A DNA stretch of 61,372 bases, filler included, from Sphacelaria rigidula (taxonomy: Eukaryota), in NCBI GenBank assembly GCA_964200075.2. It is 7 parts of 7 records of this genome, joined end to end, with 100 filler letters (N's around TTAATTAATTAA, not from the genome) between each part and the next. Parts side by side here need not be neighbours in the genome. Positions count along the whole stretch, not along the records: positions 43,911 to 52,591 come from CAXNAA020010397.1; positions 52,692 to 61,372 come from CAXNAA020010398.1; 5 more parts are not named here. The stretch is one strand, 5' to 3'. The notes beneath the pieces were generated by a model. It was not told the DNA's origin, ran no database searches, and worked only from the letters and a program-made list of their open reading frames with translations. Positions within the stretch are counted from its first letter, which is position 1. Each line of letters starts with the position of its first letter. This document shows positions 48,250 through 61,285 of this stretch, piece after piece. Both the position numbers and the translations under genes were made by a program.

Positions 48250-49720
48250 GGGGCTTACAATGACAATCTAGAACATTCGTACGATGAAATGTCTGTCGCG
48301 GGACACAACGGGTCTGGGCGCGTTGAGGTGATTTTGCAGAGGTGCAAGGCAGGAAGTTGTGACGTCATAAGATTACCGAGGATACCATGTTCCACCCGAC
48401 AGCCTCGTCTCCAAGTGCGGCTCGAGGATGCTGCAGCCCAAGCCGAGTTCCAAGGTGTCCGGGGTTCACGGGAGAGGACGCGGTTGGCGCAAGTAGGCCC
48501 GAGAGCTAGCATCACATGGTGTACCATTCGGTCAGCATGTAGGAGGCTCAAAGAGGTGATCCAAGCTAGATTGGACGGGTACATTCACGAGTGTACGAAC
48601 GAACGGGAGGCGTGCAAAATAGTTTAGGACATGAGAGACTCGTGAGGGCACCTGAAAGGAGCATGGAACATAGTGAGAAAAAGCTGCAGAGCGAACCCTA
48701 TATCAAGGGGGGGGGGGATGGGAAACTACCACTACGTCGAGGGCGAGCAAGGGAAGTGCTACGGCACAGGGGTCCATTCTGTGAGGAATTGGAACGGTGC
48801 TTCTCTAACTTGCTGAAACCAACACCGGTAACTATTGATATATTTATCATCGTAAGTATCATGGCACAAGTGAGAGCTAGATCCCTTCTAGACTCTCCCC
48901 GCCTGGATAAAGCATAAGAGACACAGAGAGCTATGACAAACGGTAAAGCGATGAGACGGGATGGGCTGCCGGTTAAAACCGTCGAGCTCGGATTGGTTGG
49001 GGAGCCTTCGGAGATCCTACACCACTTCCAGAGCATCATCGCCACTATTTGGACGTCTGGCAACGTGCTACAGGAGTAGAAGAACGTCACTATTAAAGTG
49101 CTGCACAAGAAGAATAGGACCGAGTGCGGCAACTCTCGGGGTATCAACCTCGTGGCACATACTGGCGGAGTTCTCCCAGAAATCGCAGCCAACAGACTCG
49201 GTAGTTTCTGCGAGGCAGCGTTTTCCCGAATGAACGGTGAGCTTTCCGGCACCAACGATCGACCACCGACATAAATGTTTGTACTACATCGACTGCTGGA
49301 GTTGGCACAAACGAGCATATTCCCACCGGACATGTGCTCCATCTAGCTGCAGAATGCGTGCGACGTCGTAGACCGCACCTTTTTGTGGGAAAGTTTCGGC
49401 CGTTTCGGAGTCCCGCCGTGGGTGATCGAGGTCATCCGTATGTTACGCGATGACATGCGGGCTCGGATACAGCTGGGCAGTGGCAAAATATGAGAGTGGT
49501 ACTGCAGTCGCCAGGGACACAGGCAAGGACGCGTTTCGTCCCCGCTGCAATCTTCAGCTCGGGCGCAGCATGGATCGATGCGGTCTTACTGGTTTTTGCG
49601 GCGGACCCGGCCATTGTCTCAGACGTTGTATATTTCTGCGATGCACCAAAAAATATGCGAATTGTGATCCTCTGGAGGAGACGCTGTTGAGGGTTGGCCT
49701 TGGTTGGCCATGACGCTGTA
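48250..49720 (+). mobile_element. Degenerate RTE-like LINE within a DNAI1 intron
   Basis: APE N-terminus remnant (NIRTM...CDVI) then, after a deletion, RT motifs [42 protein letters not shown]....FGVP, QG.RQG...SP. Many stops and frameshifts; clade assignment tentative. Confidence 0.8.
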
Positions 49721-50298
49721 AAACACGCCACTCACTACGTAAGATAAGCAAGCAGGTTAACGCATTGGTTTTTTCGCTTGTGTTTTTGTTTTGGCGGTAA
49801 TCATGACGGCGGTCGAGTTACATCGTATCGCTGCGGGAACTCGTGACGACGCCAAGACCTACGCCGACCCGACCTACGTCACAAGTAATAAGAGGCTGTT
49901 GTGTTGAGAAGCGCCAACAGGAGAACCACCGCGGCTGGCATAACGATAGCAATAGCAGCCCAGGAGGGATCCGAGATGGTAATGGTCGAGAGTGGCCTGC
50001 TTAGGGACTGACTGTTCGTGGGGATTCGTGCGGGATACGGGGATACGTAGCACGGAAACCGATACACCCCCGTCTTGTCTTCTCGGTTGCTGACTTCTTC
50101 CCCCGGCTTCCAGCTTGAGCAATGCTCTCTCGCTGTGCCTCTGTATACTGTTCTGCTTTGTCTGCTGGGTTTATTCCCTTCCCTACTCTCCCGCCCGTCC
50201 GACCTTATCTCAATTTTTCTTCGTGTTTCGATGCAACTCACTGCTCATCTCCATCCCCTTCCGTTTCATTTTTATTCTGGGCTATTCTATGGCGTTTT

Positions 50299-50360
50299 TG
50301 TCGTCGTCGTCGTCGTCGTCGTTGTTGTTGTTGTTGTTGTTGTTTGTCGTTGTCGTCGTC
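50299..50360. repeat. Compound (GTC)n(GTT)n microsatellite
   Basis: Directly visible; intronic. Confidence 0.9.
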
Positions 50361-50925
50361 ATTTATGTTATCGCGTGTTTCTTTCCTGTCCATCTTATTT
50401 TCGTTTTTATCTTGTCTGTGCTCCTCTTTCTTTTCACTCTTCCCCTTTTCTCGAGTTTCCTCAGCGGGCGTTCCTCCCATTTTACGTTGGATACACCAAT
50501 TTCATGACCACAAGTAGATTCGTAGCGGGTCAGTTCATGCGTGACAATCAGTCGATCAACCAATGGATCAAGTATAGACTGAGAAGGCAAGTCAGTGGAC
50601 TCCGGTACGGTTTAGCACCGCCGGTGCTTCCGGCACTGTTTGACCCTTCAGGAATCCGTTGACTATTTTTGTTTTTGTGAATCGGTATAATTTCCCAAAA
50701 GGTTAACTCAATCACTTGTCCACAGTTGCCACCCTTACAACTCATTCACATATCAAGGGAATTGCTGCGCACATATACTTCTGTACGGGGCCACCAAACT
50801 GCATGGGCGGTTCCTATTTTTGGCTATACCACCATCCGCACGCTGTATAGGTGCCCCTAGTGTATTGGTGGAGTCAATCGCACTGTGACGCACACTTCTG
50901 CTCAACCAACGCTTTGGTCGTACAG

Positions 50926-51077
50926 AGTCTACCGACGAGGGAAACGGGGGTGGCGCCGGGGCGAACGATGACGACATGGTGCACAGCGCTAAGATGGGTG
51001 GGGCGCTCAAGATCCTGGAGCGGATGGTCAACCAAAACGCGGAAGATGAAATATTTCAGGATTTCAAATACTGGGAG
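50926..51077 (+). CDS. DNAI1: DNAI1 internal exon
   Basis: tacag|AG...GAG|gtat; 152 nt ending ALKILERMVNQNAEDEIFQDFKYWE (DNAI1 ERMVNQN...DFKY motif). Confidence 0.9.
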
Positions 51078-51915
51078 GTATAAGCTGATTCCTATCGGAG
51101 CTGTCACCACTGCCAACAACAACTATAACGTGGGTCGTATCCACAGCGGTATGCTTTCGGGTTTTAGCCTTGTTATGTTATTTGACGACGTGCTGCTACC
51201 TGCGCGCACATCACATACTGCGTAGAAGAATGCGGAGAGGGTTGATTAACAACGAGAACGCTAAACCCACACGAGATCTGTCAACATTCCGAACGGGTTC
51301 AAAGATATCTCGTTTTGTTCCTCGGCGGTATGATCAGGTACACAAATGATTTTCACTGCTCGTTTCACTCGAGTGTACATGGCGGCGTGTGTTTCCATTT
51401 GCTTGACTTGATGACGTCGTGCGAGATCGATTTGATTGGTTGATTGCTTGTCGCGCTTCAACTGACCCCTCAGGGATCCAGCTTGGAACCGCGAGTGAGT
51501 TTTGGAACAAACTATTCCGTGTGAGACAACCAACCGACCACGCTGATTAATCAGCGATTCAACCAAACCAAACCACCAACCAGCTGATCAACGCATCGAA
51601 CCAATGGGGACGCACTCATACCTGGTCGCTATCGTCTCCGGCGCTCACACCACGAGTGACCCTCTCGCTCTACCTGTGGCAGCGTTGAATGAGTTTGATT
51701 CAGCGTTGGTGCAAACATAGTGATGTGGAGCTTGTAGAGCTTGTGACTATGGCCTGTTACCGTCCGCACGTTACCATATCTAGTCGTGGTTATCGAACGT
51801 TGTTGGACAACGAATACCTCAAATTGCAGATTGCTACAGCCAACCAGACTTGCTCCTTGTCTTCGGGCCCCACGGTTTTATCCGCCCGGGCGCCTTGCTT
51901 GTTGCACTTGTGCAG

Positions 51916-51999
51916 GACGCATCCGACCAGTTCCGAGAGGGGGAGGGTTCACTGCTGCCGCTGTGGCGCTTCAGCACAGATCGAACAAAGCGGAAGCAG
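51916..51999 (+). CDS. DNAI1: DNAI1 internal exon
   Basis: tgcag|GAC...CAG|gtgaa; 84 nt DASDQFREGEGSLLPLWRFSTDRTKRKQ (G.LLPLW.F motif preceding the WD40 repeats). Confidence 0.9.
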
Positions 52000-52591
52000 G
52001 TGAATCCTTTTGTTTTGTCTGCTCAACAGCTTCTGGTGGTTGTGTCGCTACACATCGCGACGTAGTGAAACTGCCCCCCCTTTTATAGGCTGAACAGGGC
52101 ACAGCACCCCCCCCGACTATCTACAGTCGTAACGCCGACATTCATAAACACTTGAAGATGCAGCTGTGCTGAAGTGGTACCAAGAAATCTGTGGTTGGGG
52201 ACCTCTCGTCGAGATCAGTCTGATGAACATACACGCATACGAACATCTGTAGCTTCTTTCAGCAGGATATGCTGCACGACCCAACATACAGAGGTCGATC
52301 TGAAACATCAATTTCAAAGGGCATTTCTCTCTGTGTGGAAGCGGATGTCGGAGGAGATCCTTACGAGAGAAACTGGCAAACTCTGAATCCATCACGCGTT
52401 CAATGAACGGAACGTTGTCCCAACGTTCCACGCGTCATTGTCTCAGGTGCCGTAGCCTATTCATGACCCACATTCTCCCATGCACGGAGTTGTCGTGAGC
52501 CATGCTACGATAGGGGGATGGGGGGGGGGACGTACTCATTTGTTGCTTGCCTAAGTTGATTGACCATTGACCACGCATCCCTTTCGAGACG

Positions 52592-52691
52592 NNNNNNNNN
52601 NNNNNNNNNNNNNNNNNNNNNNNNNNNNNNNNNNNTTAATTAATTAANNNNNNNNNNNNNNNNNNNNNNNNNNNNNNNNNNNNNNNNNNNN
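52592..52691. other. Artificial contig spacer
   Basis: N44-TTAATTAATTAA-N44. Confidence 0.98.
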
Positions 52692-53188
52692 CTGATCGAG
52701 CGGGAGGAGCGGGTCGAGAAGCCCGGAGTTAAAGGCTAAAACTCCGGCCGAAAACATCAGGAAGAAAATAAAAGAAACGAGGAGAAGATCAACAGAAACA
52801 TATCGAGTCCCGGTGCCAGGAAAAGCTAGGGCGGATTCCGATCGGGGCTCCAGCAAGGAGCTCGTACGTACATACATGTACTCACTGTGCAGATGCCTAG
52901 TGCGCCTTCTGCAGCAGCACATACCGGTGTTTTTACACATATATGTCGGCCACGTTTCTTCTCTGGGTCGAGTTTTAACAGCAACTCGATGTCGGAGACG
53001 AATCTAGGACAATGTTCTTTGTCTTCCATGTTCTTCTTTCGAACGAAAGGCAGACACAGACAGTATCATGTTTTACTACATTTTTGCCATGCTCGCGTGG
53101 ACTGGCGCTCGCCGAACACTAGCGATTGATCCGCTCTATTTACTGTGTTCCCGGACACACGGGTGCATGCCTGCCTGTCTGCCTCTAC

Positions 53189-54351
53189 CTTGAATCCCAA
53201 ACTCGGATGCTCCGAGCCCGAAGACGAGCCAGACGACAACGACGACGAGGAGGAAGAAGACGACGACGACGACCTCGAGGATCTCGAAGAACTGCCAGAA
53301 CTTTCCCCTGAATCCGAGGAAGCGTCTTCTTCGTGGTCCGACAGCGTCCCCAACTCCGACGGCGAGTGTCCTTCGTCATGATCCACATTATCACTTCCGT
53401 GCCCGCCACCTATCGGACCACTGCCGCCACCGCCGCTGACACGGCCGCTCCCTCTTGCGTCACTGGCCGTTCCCCGCCCCCCCCACCCACCGCCCCCGCG
53501 GCCGTCTGTTGACTCCCCCTTATGAGACAACATTGAAGACACGCTCCTACCCCGCTCGACTCTCGGACCAAAGTCGACTGTGTTACTGCTGCTTCCCCGC
53601 CCGCGGCTGATACTGCTGTCACGCTGGCGGTCCTCAACGTTTCCACGCGTGCCGAAAACACTCGGCGCGACGACCGGCGAGTCGCTCGGCGGCGGCCGTG
53701 GCTTTTTCTTTCCAGTATTTTGTCCTCCCGCCGCCTCGTTGTCACCCGCCGCCACCGGCTGCGCCGCCGTCGGAGGGCTCGTTCCGACCTCAACTCGCCT
53801 TCCCGTGTTCATCGCTACTCCGGACGGTGCTGTCGCTGCCGCTGCCGCCTTGCCCGCTTGTTCATCCTTACCAGCCACCCCAGCTCCTAGCACCTTCTTC
53901 GACGAAGCGAATATGTAGGATCGTTTCTCTCCCGAACCTGAATTTGCTAAGCCTCCTCCCACCGCTTCACCCGAGGTGCCCTTAGACGCGGAAGAATTCG
54001 ACGAGAACAATGCCATGATACCGGAAGTTAACCTCGTCTCTTCACCCCCAACTCCTTCCCCCCCCCCCCCACCGCCGCCGCCCTTCTCTGCCTGCTTCCC
54101 ACCACCACCTCCATCGCCCCCGCCGTCACCGGCCTTGGAGTCATACACGACTCTCACCACCCCTCCTCCGTTGTTCTCGACGTTGACACCGCCGTCGGCG
54201 TGGTTGCTACGAGCGACACCTTCGTTATGCCCGGCGTCCTCAACGATCACAGCCATGTTTGCACCGCCACGGCCACCGCTGCCAGCACCGCTCGCTGCTC
54301 CTGCCGCTGTCTCCGATGCACGCGATGACCGCGACGGTTGCTTCTGTGCGG
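53189..54351 (-). CDS. C2CD5: Large low-complexity (Gly/Ser/Ala-rich) exon of the C2CD5-like gene
   Basis: ttctcag|CC...AAG|gtagag; 1163 nt open, GC-rich. The phase-1 start matches the preceding exon (56745-56916). Gene membership is inferred from strand and phase. Confidence 0.75.
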
Positions 54352-56744
54352 CTGAGAACGGCAGTAGCGGCGAAACAGGCGAGGCCGACGAAGCAGACAA
54401 AGAACTCCGCAGTCAGCGTACATCGGCACTCGCCCACGCCATCAGACACGGTGGATAATTAGGGAAAACGCAGACATGCGCGCGCGCGGCCGGCGGCGGG
54501 AAGGGGGGGTGCGGGGTACTCAAGGACGAGTACGTTAAAATATGCTGTATACCACCCTGGGTGATGAGTTGGGGGGCCGGAAACTGAGCACGATGGGGTG
54601 ATACTTGTTAGGATGGATGATACACGACGTATCCAGGCGCAGTAGTGTAGATACAGAAACAGTACGCACGGACAGGGTTCTTACTAAGGTCGGGGCCCGC
54701 GTGCGCGGGGGGGGAATGGGGGGTACATACTCATTTGTTGCTTGCCTTAGTCGTTTGACCATTGACCACGCATCCCTTTCGAGACGGAGCAGGGGGGGGG
54801 GGGCTTACAATGCACCGACGGCATACACCGTGTCGCACGGTATGCCATGGTCTATCGAGGATTACCATCGGGGCTGCCCGAAGGGTGAGGTGGACGACAA
54901 AACTGTAATTCGAACATGATGCAGTACCAGCATATTTTATGCCGCGGGATGAACGGACGCTCGGGAAGGAAAATTGGGACGCACGACGCTCACACGGAAT
55001 GCACTATGCTCAACACGTAAACGAAAAATGGAATCAGCGACAAACAATCTTCTCGCCAGATTGAGTGTCTAGCACTTGATTGAATATGGGATTTCGATAG
55101 GGAGACGTTGTTTTCATGCGTCCCATTAACCCTTCCAGAAGTGGCAATGGAAAAGTGCTGATATCAAGGTACCCTATTTGAACAACATATGGTTGATTGT
55201 TTGCAGCTCCCAAGGACACACTATTTTGCCCAAGGCGTGCTTTTCAGACCCGCGACCGCTTCCAACTGGCGGTGAATCGCGTAAATACTATATCGGACCT
55301 TATTCCTTCCACGTGTGGTGAGAGGATTTTTATGTGCTCGGCCATACCACTTTGTTTCTGTGACGTGGCTTAGCACGCTTTGCCAAGTGTTGGGCAGGTA
55401 CGATCTCCAGACTGCAGCACAACAATACTCCGGTGGGGTGCATCACCTATATAAATGTATGCCGCAGTGCCGCACGGGACAAAATACATGGAAATTTATA
55501 CAGGTGGTGCTGGTTTTTGCTGTATGGAATTCAGAGGCCGCGGTGCTGGTTTTTGCTGTATGCACAAAGTTGAACATACTTGACCCGTTGCGTCCCCTCA
55601 TTCGACAAAACTACTTCGACCGCACCCGGGCGACATTTTCTGGTGCGAGCATGACGTATGTCGGTAAATTCCTCCGTGGCCTTCCGCCGTAAAAATTGTT
55701 GTTGTCAGTACTTTCTTTTCTCATCTTTTCTTCTTTGTCAGCGCTTGAAATAATGAGGCGTCTGGACCGGGGACGGGCGGGGAAGGTTCTCGAAGGGTTC
55801 ATGGATGGAACAGTGAGACGTCCGAATGCCAAGTGGTTATGATGACAATTCAATAAAATCACCTACTCTAGCGGCCACAGGGTCAAATACGAATGACGTT
55901 GCGCAACATTTTGATATTTGTAGTCGGTTATCCAAAAGAGTATTAACACGGAACGATACGTCTTGTCGAACGAACACTGAAAGAAGGAGAACGGCCACAT
56001 CACCCATGGGAACATTCCTCTCATTCATACACCGTTGCACATTCAGCAGGTGAGTTCCGAATATACCTCGCACATAATGGCATGCATCCCAAAAACATTT
56101 TTATGATTAAAACCTTGGACGCTAGTGCAGCGTAATAAACCGCCGCGATTTCAAAAAAATGGTAAATTGGCGTTTGTTTGATTTTCGGGGATGAATGTCT
56201 GACCATCTTCGGAATGTTAACCCGTTGACCGCCAGGGATGATGAAAAATTGGGGCACGCAGTAACTTGGCAAGGGAAATGATGATGCCGATTCCACAAAG
56301 TTGCACCCCCAGCACTGGATGTCCGCTTGTGGAATCGGCATCATTTTTTTACTTCTCTTGTAAGTGAAGATGGACTAAAGAGCCCACACGCAATCGAACG
56401 CTAGATACTCAATCTGGCAAAAAGGTTGTTCGCAGTTGACACGCGACGCGCTGATCACTATGCTACAACAGCTTTGCACAGCCTGGGCAGTGGAGTACAT
56501 TTTTCCAGTCGTGTACTGTACTGCGTACAGTCTCGACAATTGCGTCTATTGCATCAGACACTTGATTTCATACTGTACGCAGTGCATTTTTATACAGCGT
56601 AATTTACTGTCGTTATCCAGGGTGTGCAAATTTTGATATGCTCACCGGGGTGGGGAGGTGATCACATTTACACGCATTTTTCCACGTCAGGAATCATTCC
56701 AAACCCGACACTTGCGACAAACAACACGCGGTACAGTACGGTAC

Positions 56745-56916
56745 CTTCGTGTGTGCCAACAGCACCACTAGTACCACCGCCGTCACCGCCGCCGCCGCTG
56801 GATGCACCGGCCGGCAGATGGCGTAGTTGCTGCAGTGAGCGGCGCGACGACATGGAGGTGCTGGTGCGTCTCTTTCGGCCGCGCCGCCCCTCCCTCCGAG
56901 GCTTCGGCGCCAACGC
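56745..56916 (-). CDS. C2CD5: C2CD5-like gene, low-complexity exon
   Basis: ccag|GCG...G|gtaccg; 172 nt ALAPKPRREGRRGRKRR...GTHE+G; phases fit both neighbouring exons. Confidence 0.7.
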
Positions 56917-57231
56917 CTGGCGTTCCGTGCGTGTTCATTGTCATGGCCGCCGATTACAGGAGCAGCAACCAGGACCAGGTCTCACGTTGTGATTATATGT
57001 GCGGGTATATATTACAATTTGGGGGGGCGTATACCTGTGCGTGAAACACGATCATTGAGACCTGCGGATTTTGTCCCGGAAAGCTTCGAAACGACGGTGT
57101 GTTTTTGGAGATGAAAAAAGCCAAACAAACAATAAGCGGGTGTATTGCGAAACACGGTACGATCAACGCTGATACGTTTGACCACCTCTCGGCCGTATCA
57201 TTCAGACAAAGCATCTACATACACGGGATTT

Positions 57232-57643
57232 TACGAATCGGGGATGCATTCTTTTTCTGAGGAGGAGAACCCGGAGAATTCAAATCTTTGTATCCACACC
57301 GGATCTTCAAAATATGGTTCCATTTCTTCACTTGCTGGTAGCTAATGACAACTACTACACGCCGTACGAATTTGAAATTTGGATAACCGACATGTTGGGG
57401 TCCTAGGTGGAAAAACAAGTTTGGGGTCCGATCGGATCACCAATATTCCCCAGAACTTTTTCTTCACCTAGGACCCCAATATATGGGCTGATAGGATCTA
57501 AATTTGTATGGCGAATAGTGGTTGTCGATAACTACCAGTATGCGAAGTATTTGAACTATGTTCCGAAGACTTGGTATGGATAGGAAGATTTTAATTGTCC
57601 GGGTTTTCATCCTCAATGAAAAAAAATTCATCTCCAATTTGTA
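57232..57643. mobile_element. Foldback MITE (family C), intronic
   Basis: GAGAACCCGGAG...CATTTCTTCACTTGCTGGTAGCTA...CCTAGGTG arm and its reverse complement; same family as 39636-40065. Confidence 0.75.
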
Positions 57644-57835
57644 CACTCCCGTGTTTACAGGCAAACAAGCGAAACAAATACCCGGGAACAAAAGTGACGG
57701 GGGAAGTTATTTTGACATTAACAATACACACTTTCTCCATCCGGTGAAGAGAAAGGAAAAAAAACTCATGTAGGAGCTCGGGATAAATCGACAAAAGAAT
57801 AAGTCGGTTTGTTAGAGGAGTTGCTACTGTAGTCC

Positions 57836-58037
57836 GGCCAACAATCCAGTCGTATGAAATCTTAAACGTGCGCTGGAATCCCCTCCGAGTGAGAGGGAAC
57901 AGCAAAGTCTTCCGAAGATCGTACAACCCGTCTAGCCAACAACCCAGGCGTATGAAATCTTAAACGTGCGCTGGAATCCCCTCAGAGTCAGAGGGAACAG
58001 CAAAGTCTTCCGGAGATCGTACAACCCGTCTAGCCAG
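57836..58037. repeat. 98-bp tandem duplication (2 copies)
   Basis: CGTATGAAATCTTAAACGTGCGCTGGAATCCCCTC...GATCGTACAACCCGTCTAGCCA starts at 57851 and 57949, with few substitutions. Confidence 0.9.
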
Positions 58038-58561
58038 ATAGCCCCCTTGTCGGGCGAAAATATCGGCGCCGACCCTCAAAACAGGCATTTTTCAGAGAGT
58101 TATATCTCATACCAGCAAGGAGCGGTCTTAGACCGGGTTACGTGATTGGACCGGAAACGCTCCCGGACACAACTCCTACAATTTCACGTGCTAATATACC
58201 GATCACAGAGGGTGCCCCCATTCCGGAGTCGACCTGTTCCGCTTTACAGTAGAGGCGGCTTTCTCTTGCCGAAATAATCATTTTATCTCATGTACGGAAT
58301 AGTAATGAAGGTGCTGGAAAGGCGAGCCCAGGTTTGCGACTACGGGTTCGAGATATCAGGTCAATACGCTGAAGTAATAGTAAGATCATGATGATGATGG
58401 TACCGATCTTCAACAGGGGACCCCCAAAGTACAGTGCATACAGTCGATACAAAATATGACATACAACACGCATATGACACATCATATCACAGCACAGCAC
58501 GGCGTAGCACAGCGTTGCAGGGCACTGCCAAAATAACGATATTACAAAAACTAGCCGCCAC

Positions 58562-58756
58562 CTGCAATCGTTGCCTATTCACCGCGGCGATCTGCTCCAC
58601 CCTCTTGGCCAGAGACGACACGAGCTGATCCTCGCTACCGGCGTGCACATGAGGAACTGGCCGAGCCACCACCACCTGCGGCGGCGGCGGGAGGCTCTCC
58701 ACATACACCGCCGTCGCCGATATTGAACCCATCATGAGGGACGGCCCAAGACGGAT
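58562..58756 (-). CDS. C2CD5: C2CD5-like gene, internal exon
   Basis: cacag|ATC...CAG|gtgg; 195 nt IRLGPSLMMGSISATAVYVESLPPPP..., resembling C2CD5 ITVGENMLMGLASATGVYLAALP. Confidence 0.8.
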
Positions 58757-59626
58757 CTGTGCGGAATCGGCGTCGTGGGTGGGACGTGTGTAGGTATGGA
58801 AAGACAAGGGTTGACGAGGTTGGGTATGGGAGGGGGGGGTGGGAAGGGGGGATGCTCATGATCATGCGTGCCTTAGTCACATGACTATTAACCTCACATC
58901 CCTAGAAAGCCGGGACGGAACACGCCGAGTTTCCGCCGGAGAGGGATGGTGGGGGGAGGAAGGAATAATGTCAACTCTTCGACGGACATGATGGATCATT
59001 TGGATCTTATATCCATTTCTTCAAGATGAAATGATGCCGATTCAACATATGACTCCCCCTAGTGGCCAAGGGGTTGAAAAGCAATTTGGGAGCCGCGTCT
59101 AAGTTGTCAAACGGGTGAACCATTGGCGAGTGCTGACAGAAAAGCGGCTTCAAACCTCCGAGAGCTGTGGTTGCATTCACTGTTTTCCGTCTGAGGAAAA
59201 GCGTGCGGGCGCGAGAAAAATGGCAAGAAAATGAAAAAAAAACGAAGGAAGTTGACGCGCTGCGGTCGTGGTGATAGGTCATCATCCAACGGTAGATGAT
59301 GACATGTAGTGAGGTGGGTACGTATCGTCTCCAGGGACAAGGGAAGGAGGAGGGGAAGGGGCGACAAGTTTCGAGGGCAATCAAAGAAAACAAAAAAAAA
59401 AGTAAGTGTCTGTTTATACTTTTTTTGCCTTTTTTGTAAACCGACCTTATTTTTATTCGCGCTCTATCTGTCGGCGCTATTAACTCTCGGTTCCCATTAG
59501 CGAAACTGAAACGGTCGACGGGATGACGAGAAAACATATTTTCAGAGAACTCGGGTTTATAATTGGTGGTCAAGTGGAGTTCAGTCCTACAAAAATAATA
59601 ACAAAAACAAAAACAGCAGTAGCGGT

Positions 59627-59661
<35 letters not shown>

Positions 59662-60145
59662 TCTACTGTACTTCAGCTCGTTCTCTCGGTTCAGGTTTTG
59701 TGATGGTATCCGAGCCCAGGTTAGGTTTCGCGATAGTATGCGAACCGTTCTAACGGTAGTTCGACACCACGTTTTGTTCTATTCCTCACTCTTTCTTCGT
59801 CTTCTTGACTTTCCTTTTCCGCTTTTCTCATTTCGTGTTTCTGCCCCTCTCTCCTCCTCAAGCTCCTTCTTCCCTAGAGGCGCATTATTGATTTTCCGCT
59901 TGCTTAACTTGGGTCGAGCACGTCCAACGTTTTACATCACGGATGAGTTTCTCGATACCAGGCCAATCTACGCGACACGACTGATAAGTCACACATGAGT
60001 CTTTGTTAAATAATGGAAAAATTGTAATAATCAATGAGTCGATCAATCACTCCGCCGATGAATAAAACAGCATATCAACCAACCGAATGGTTACACGATC
60101 GGAGTATCCAAGTGTATATTATGCGTGAACCCAGCTGTCACCTAC

Positions 60146-60223
60146 CTCCGAGCGGAGGGAGAACGCCGCATTTACCCCGAGGCACTTGAGCTTCAGCATG
60201 AGCTGCCGTTGCAACTCGTATTC
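60146..60223 (-). CDS. C2CD5: C2CD5-like gene, internal exon
   Basis: ccag|GAA...GAG|gtagg; 78 nt EYELQRQLMLKLKCLGVNAAFSLRSE, resembling C2CD5 EYEVHTQLMNKLKLKGMNALFGLR. Confidence 0.85.
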
Positions 60224-60897
60224 CTGGTATCAAAAACAGCCGCAGCACCCAGGAGAAGCAACCGCAACAGTAGCAACCTCATCAGCAGCAACCGCAACAG
60301 TAGCAACAGCGAACACGCCAGCATCACAAGATTCCGCAAGGGGCCAGACTGTGTGAAGGACGAGGGTGTGCATACGCCACTATTTTCTTTTCTTGTGCAA
60401 CGGAAGTAATGGGAACAAGATAGTAATCCTACAATGGGGAGGGCGAGGGGGGATTACTCATTTGTTGCTCAACTCAGTCGTTTGGCTATTGACCATGCAT
60501 CCCTTTCAAGACGGAGCCCAATCGGCGGGGGGCAAGGGGTTCGGACTACTTCTACCACGAAGTGGACACCCACACTTTCAAGGGTCGTTCCAGGCAGCAA
60601 GTATCACTCGACTGCTCTGAGTACCAACAGTACGTACGTATTCACACCACTTGTCAACGGTTCCACCCATAAACAGGCTCACAACGCGGGTGGGGGTGGT
60701 GTAACACGACACCCGTGAATTCCAATTCTGTTACTTGGTGCCATCACCCCCCCCCCCCCTTCCCCCTCCCCCTCCCCCTCGTGGGACGTCTTGAAAGGGA
60801 TACATGGCCGATGGTCGATGACTTGAGGCAAGTAGCAAACAACAACAACAACAACAACAGCAGCAGCAGCAACAACAACATCGAATCCCAGGCATAC

Positions 60898-61014
60898 CAT
60901 GAAAGGAATAGACTCCGAGACACGGATAGCCTGCATCTCGCCCGTCCCCTGCCGGTGATGTACCCTACACACCCTCGCCTCGACGAGGCACCCTTCACCC
61001 CGCGTCAGTAGGGT
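60898..61014 (-). CDS. C2CD5: C2CD5-like gene, internal exon (upstream exons off contig)
   Basis: acag|ACC...ATG|gtatg; 117 nt TLLTRGEGCLVEARVCRVHHRQGTGEMQAIRVSESIPFM, resembling C2CD5 GKGCLIQARLCR...A..IS..LPFM. Confidence 0.85.
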
Positions 61015-61285
61015 CTGTCGTCGCCGTTCACCACAACCGCGCGCGCAAAAAAAAAGAGAGACAAAACGGGTTTGTACTTAGTAGGCTTTCTTTACCGTAG
61101 GGGACAATATTTCAACAAAAGTATGTGGCCCATGTGAGGTATGCTTGGAGATCGGTATGTATATATACATTGAATAGGTCCACCCGCTCTCGGATGAAGG
61201 CCTCATATGCAGATATGATCTTGGAAATACGGACTAAAAAGTAAAATTATCCTCATTATTACGCTGTGTGACGGTTTAAGAGACT

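Noticed and set aside
49792..50052. Solo LTR (TG...CA); similar candidates at ~38950-39130 and ~19712-20118
   Set aside because: No TSD or second copy in the window, so not listed as features.
45801..50662. Long ORFs 45801-46427, 48698-49342 and 50075-50662
   Set aside because: The first two are antisense to LINE sequence and the third runs through microsatellites; all lie in presumed DNAI1 introns.
5635..61014. Functional gene cluster (FNIP, RPC11, HIPL1-like, DNAI1, C2CD5)
   Set aside because: Each gene lies on a different, unlinked contig.
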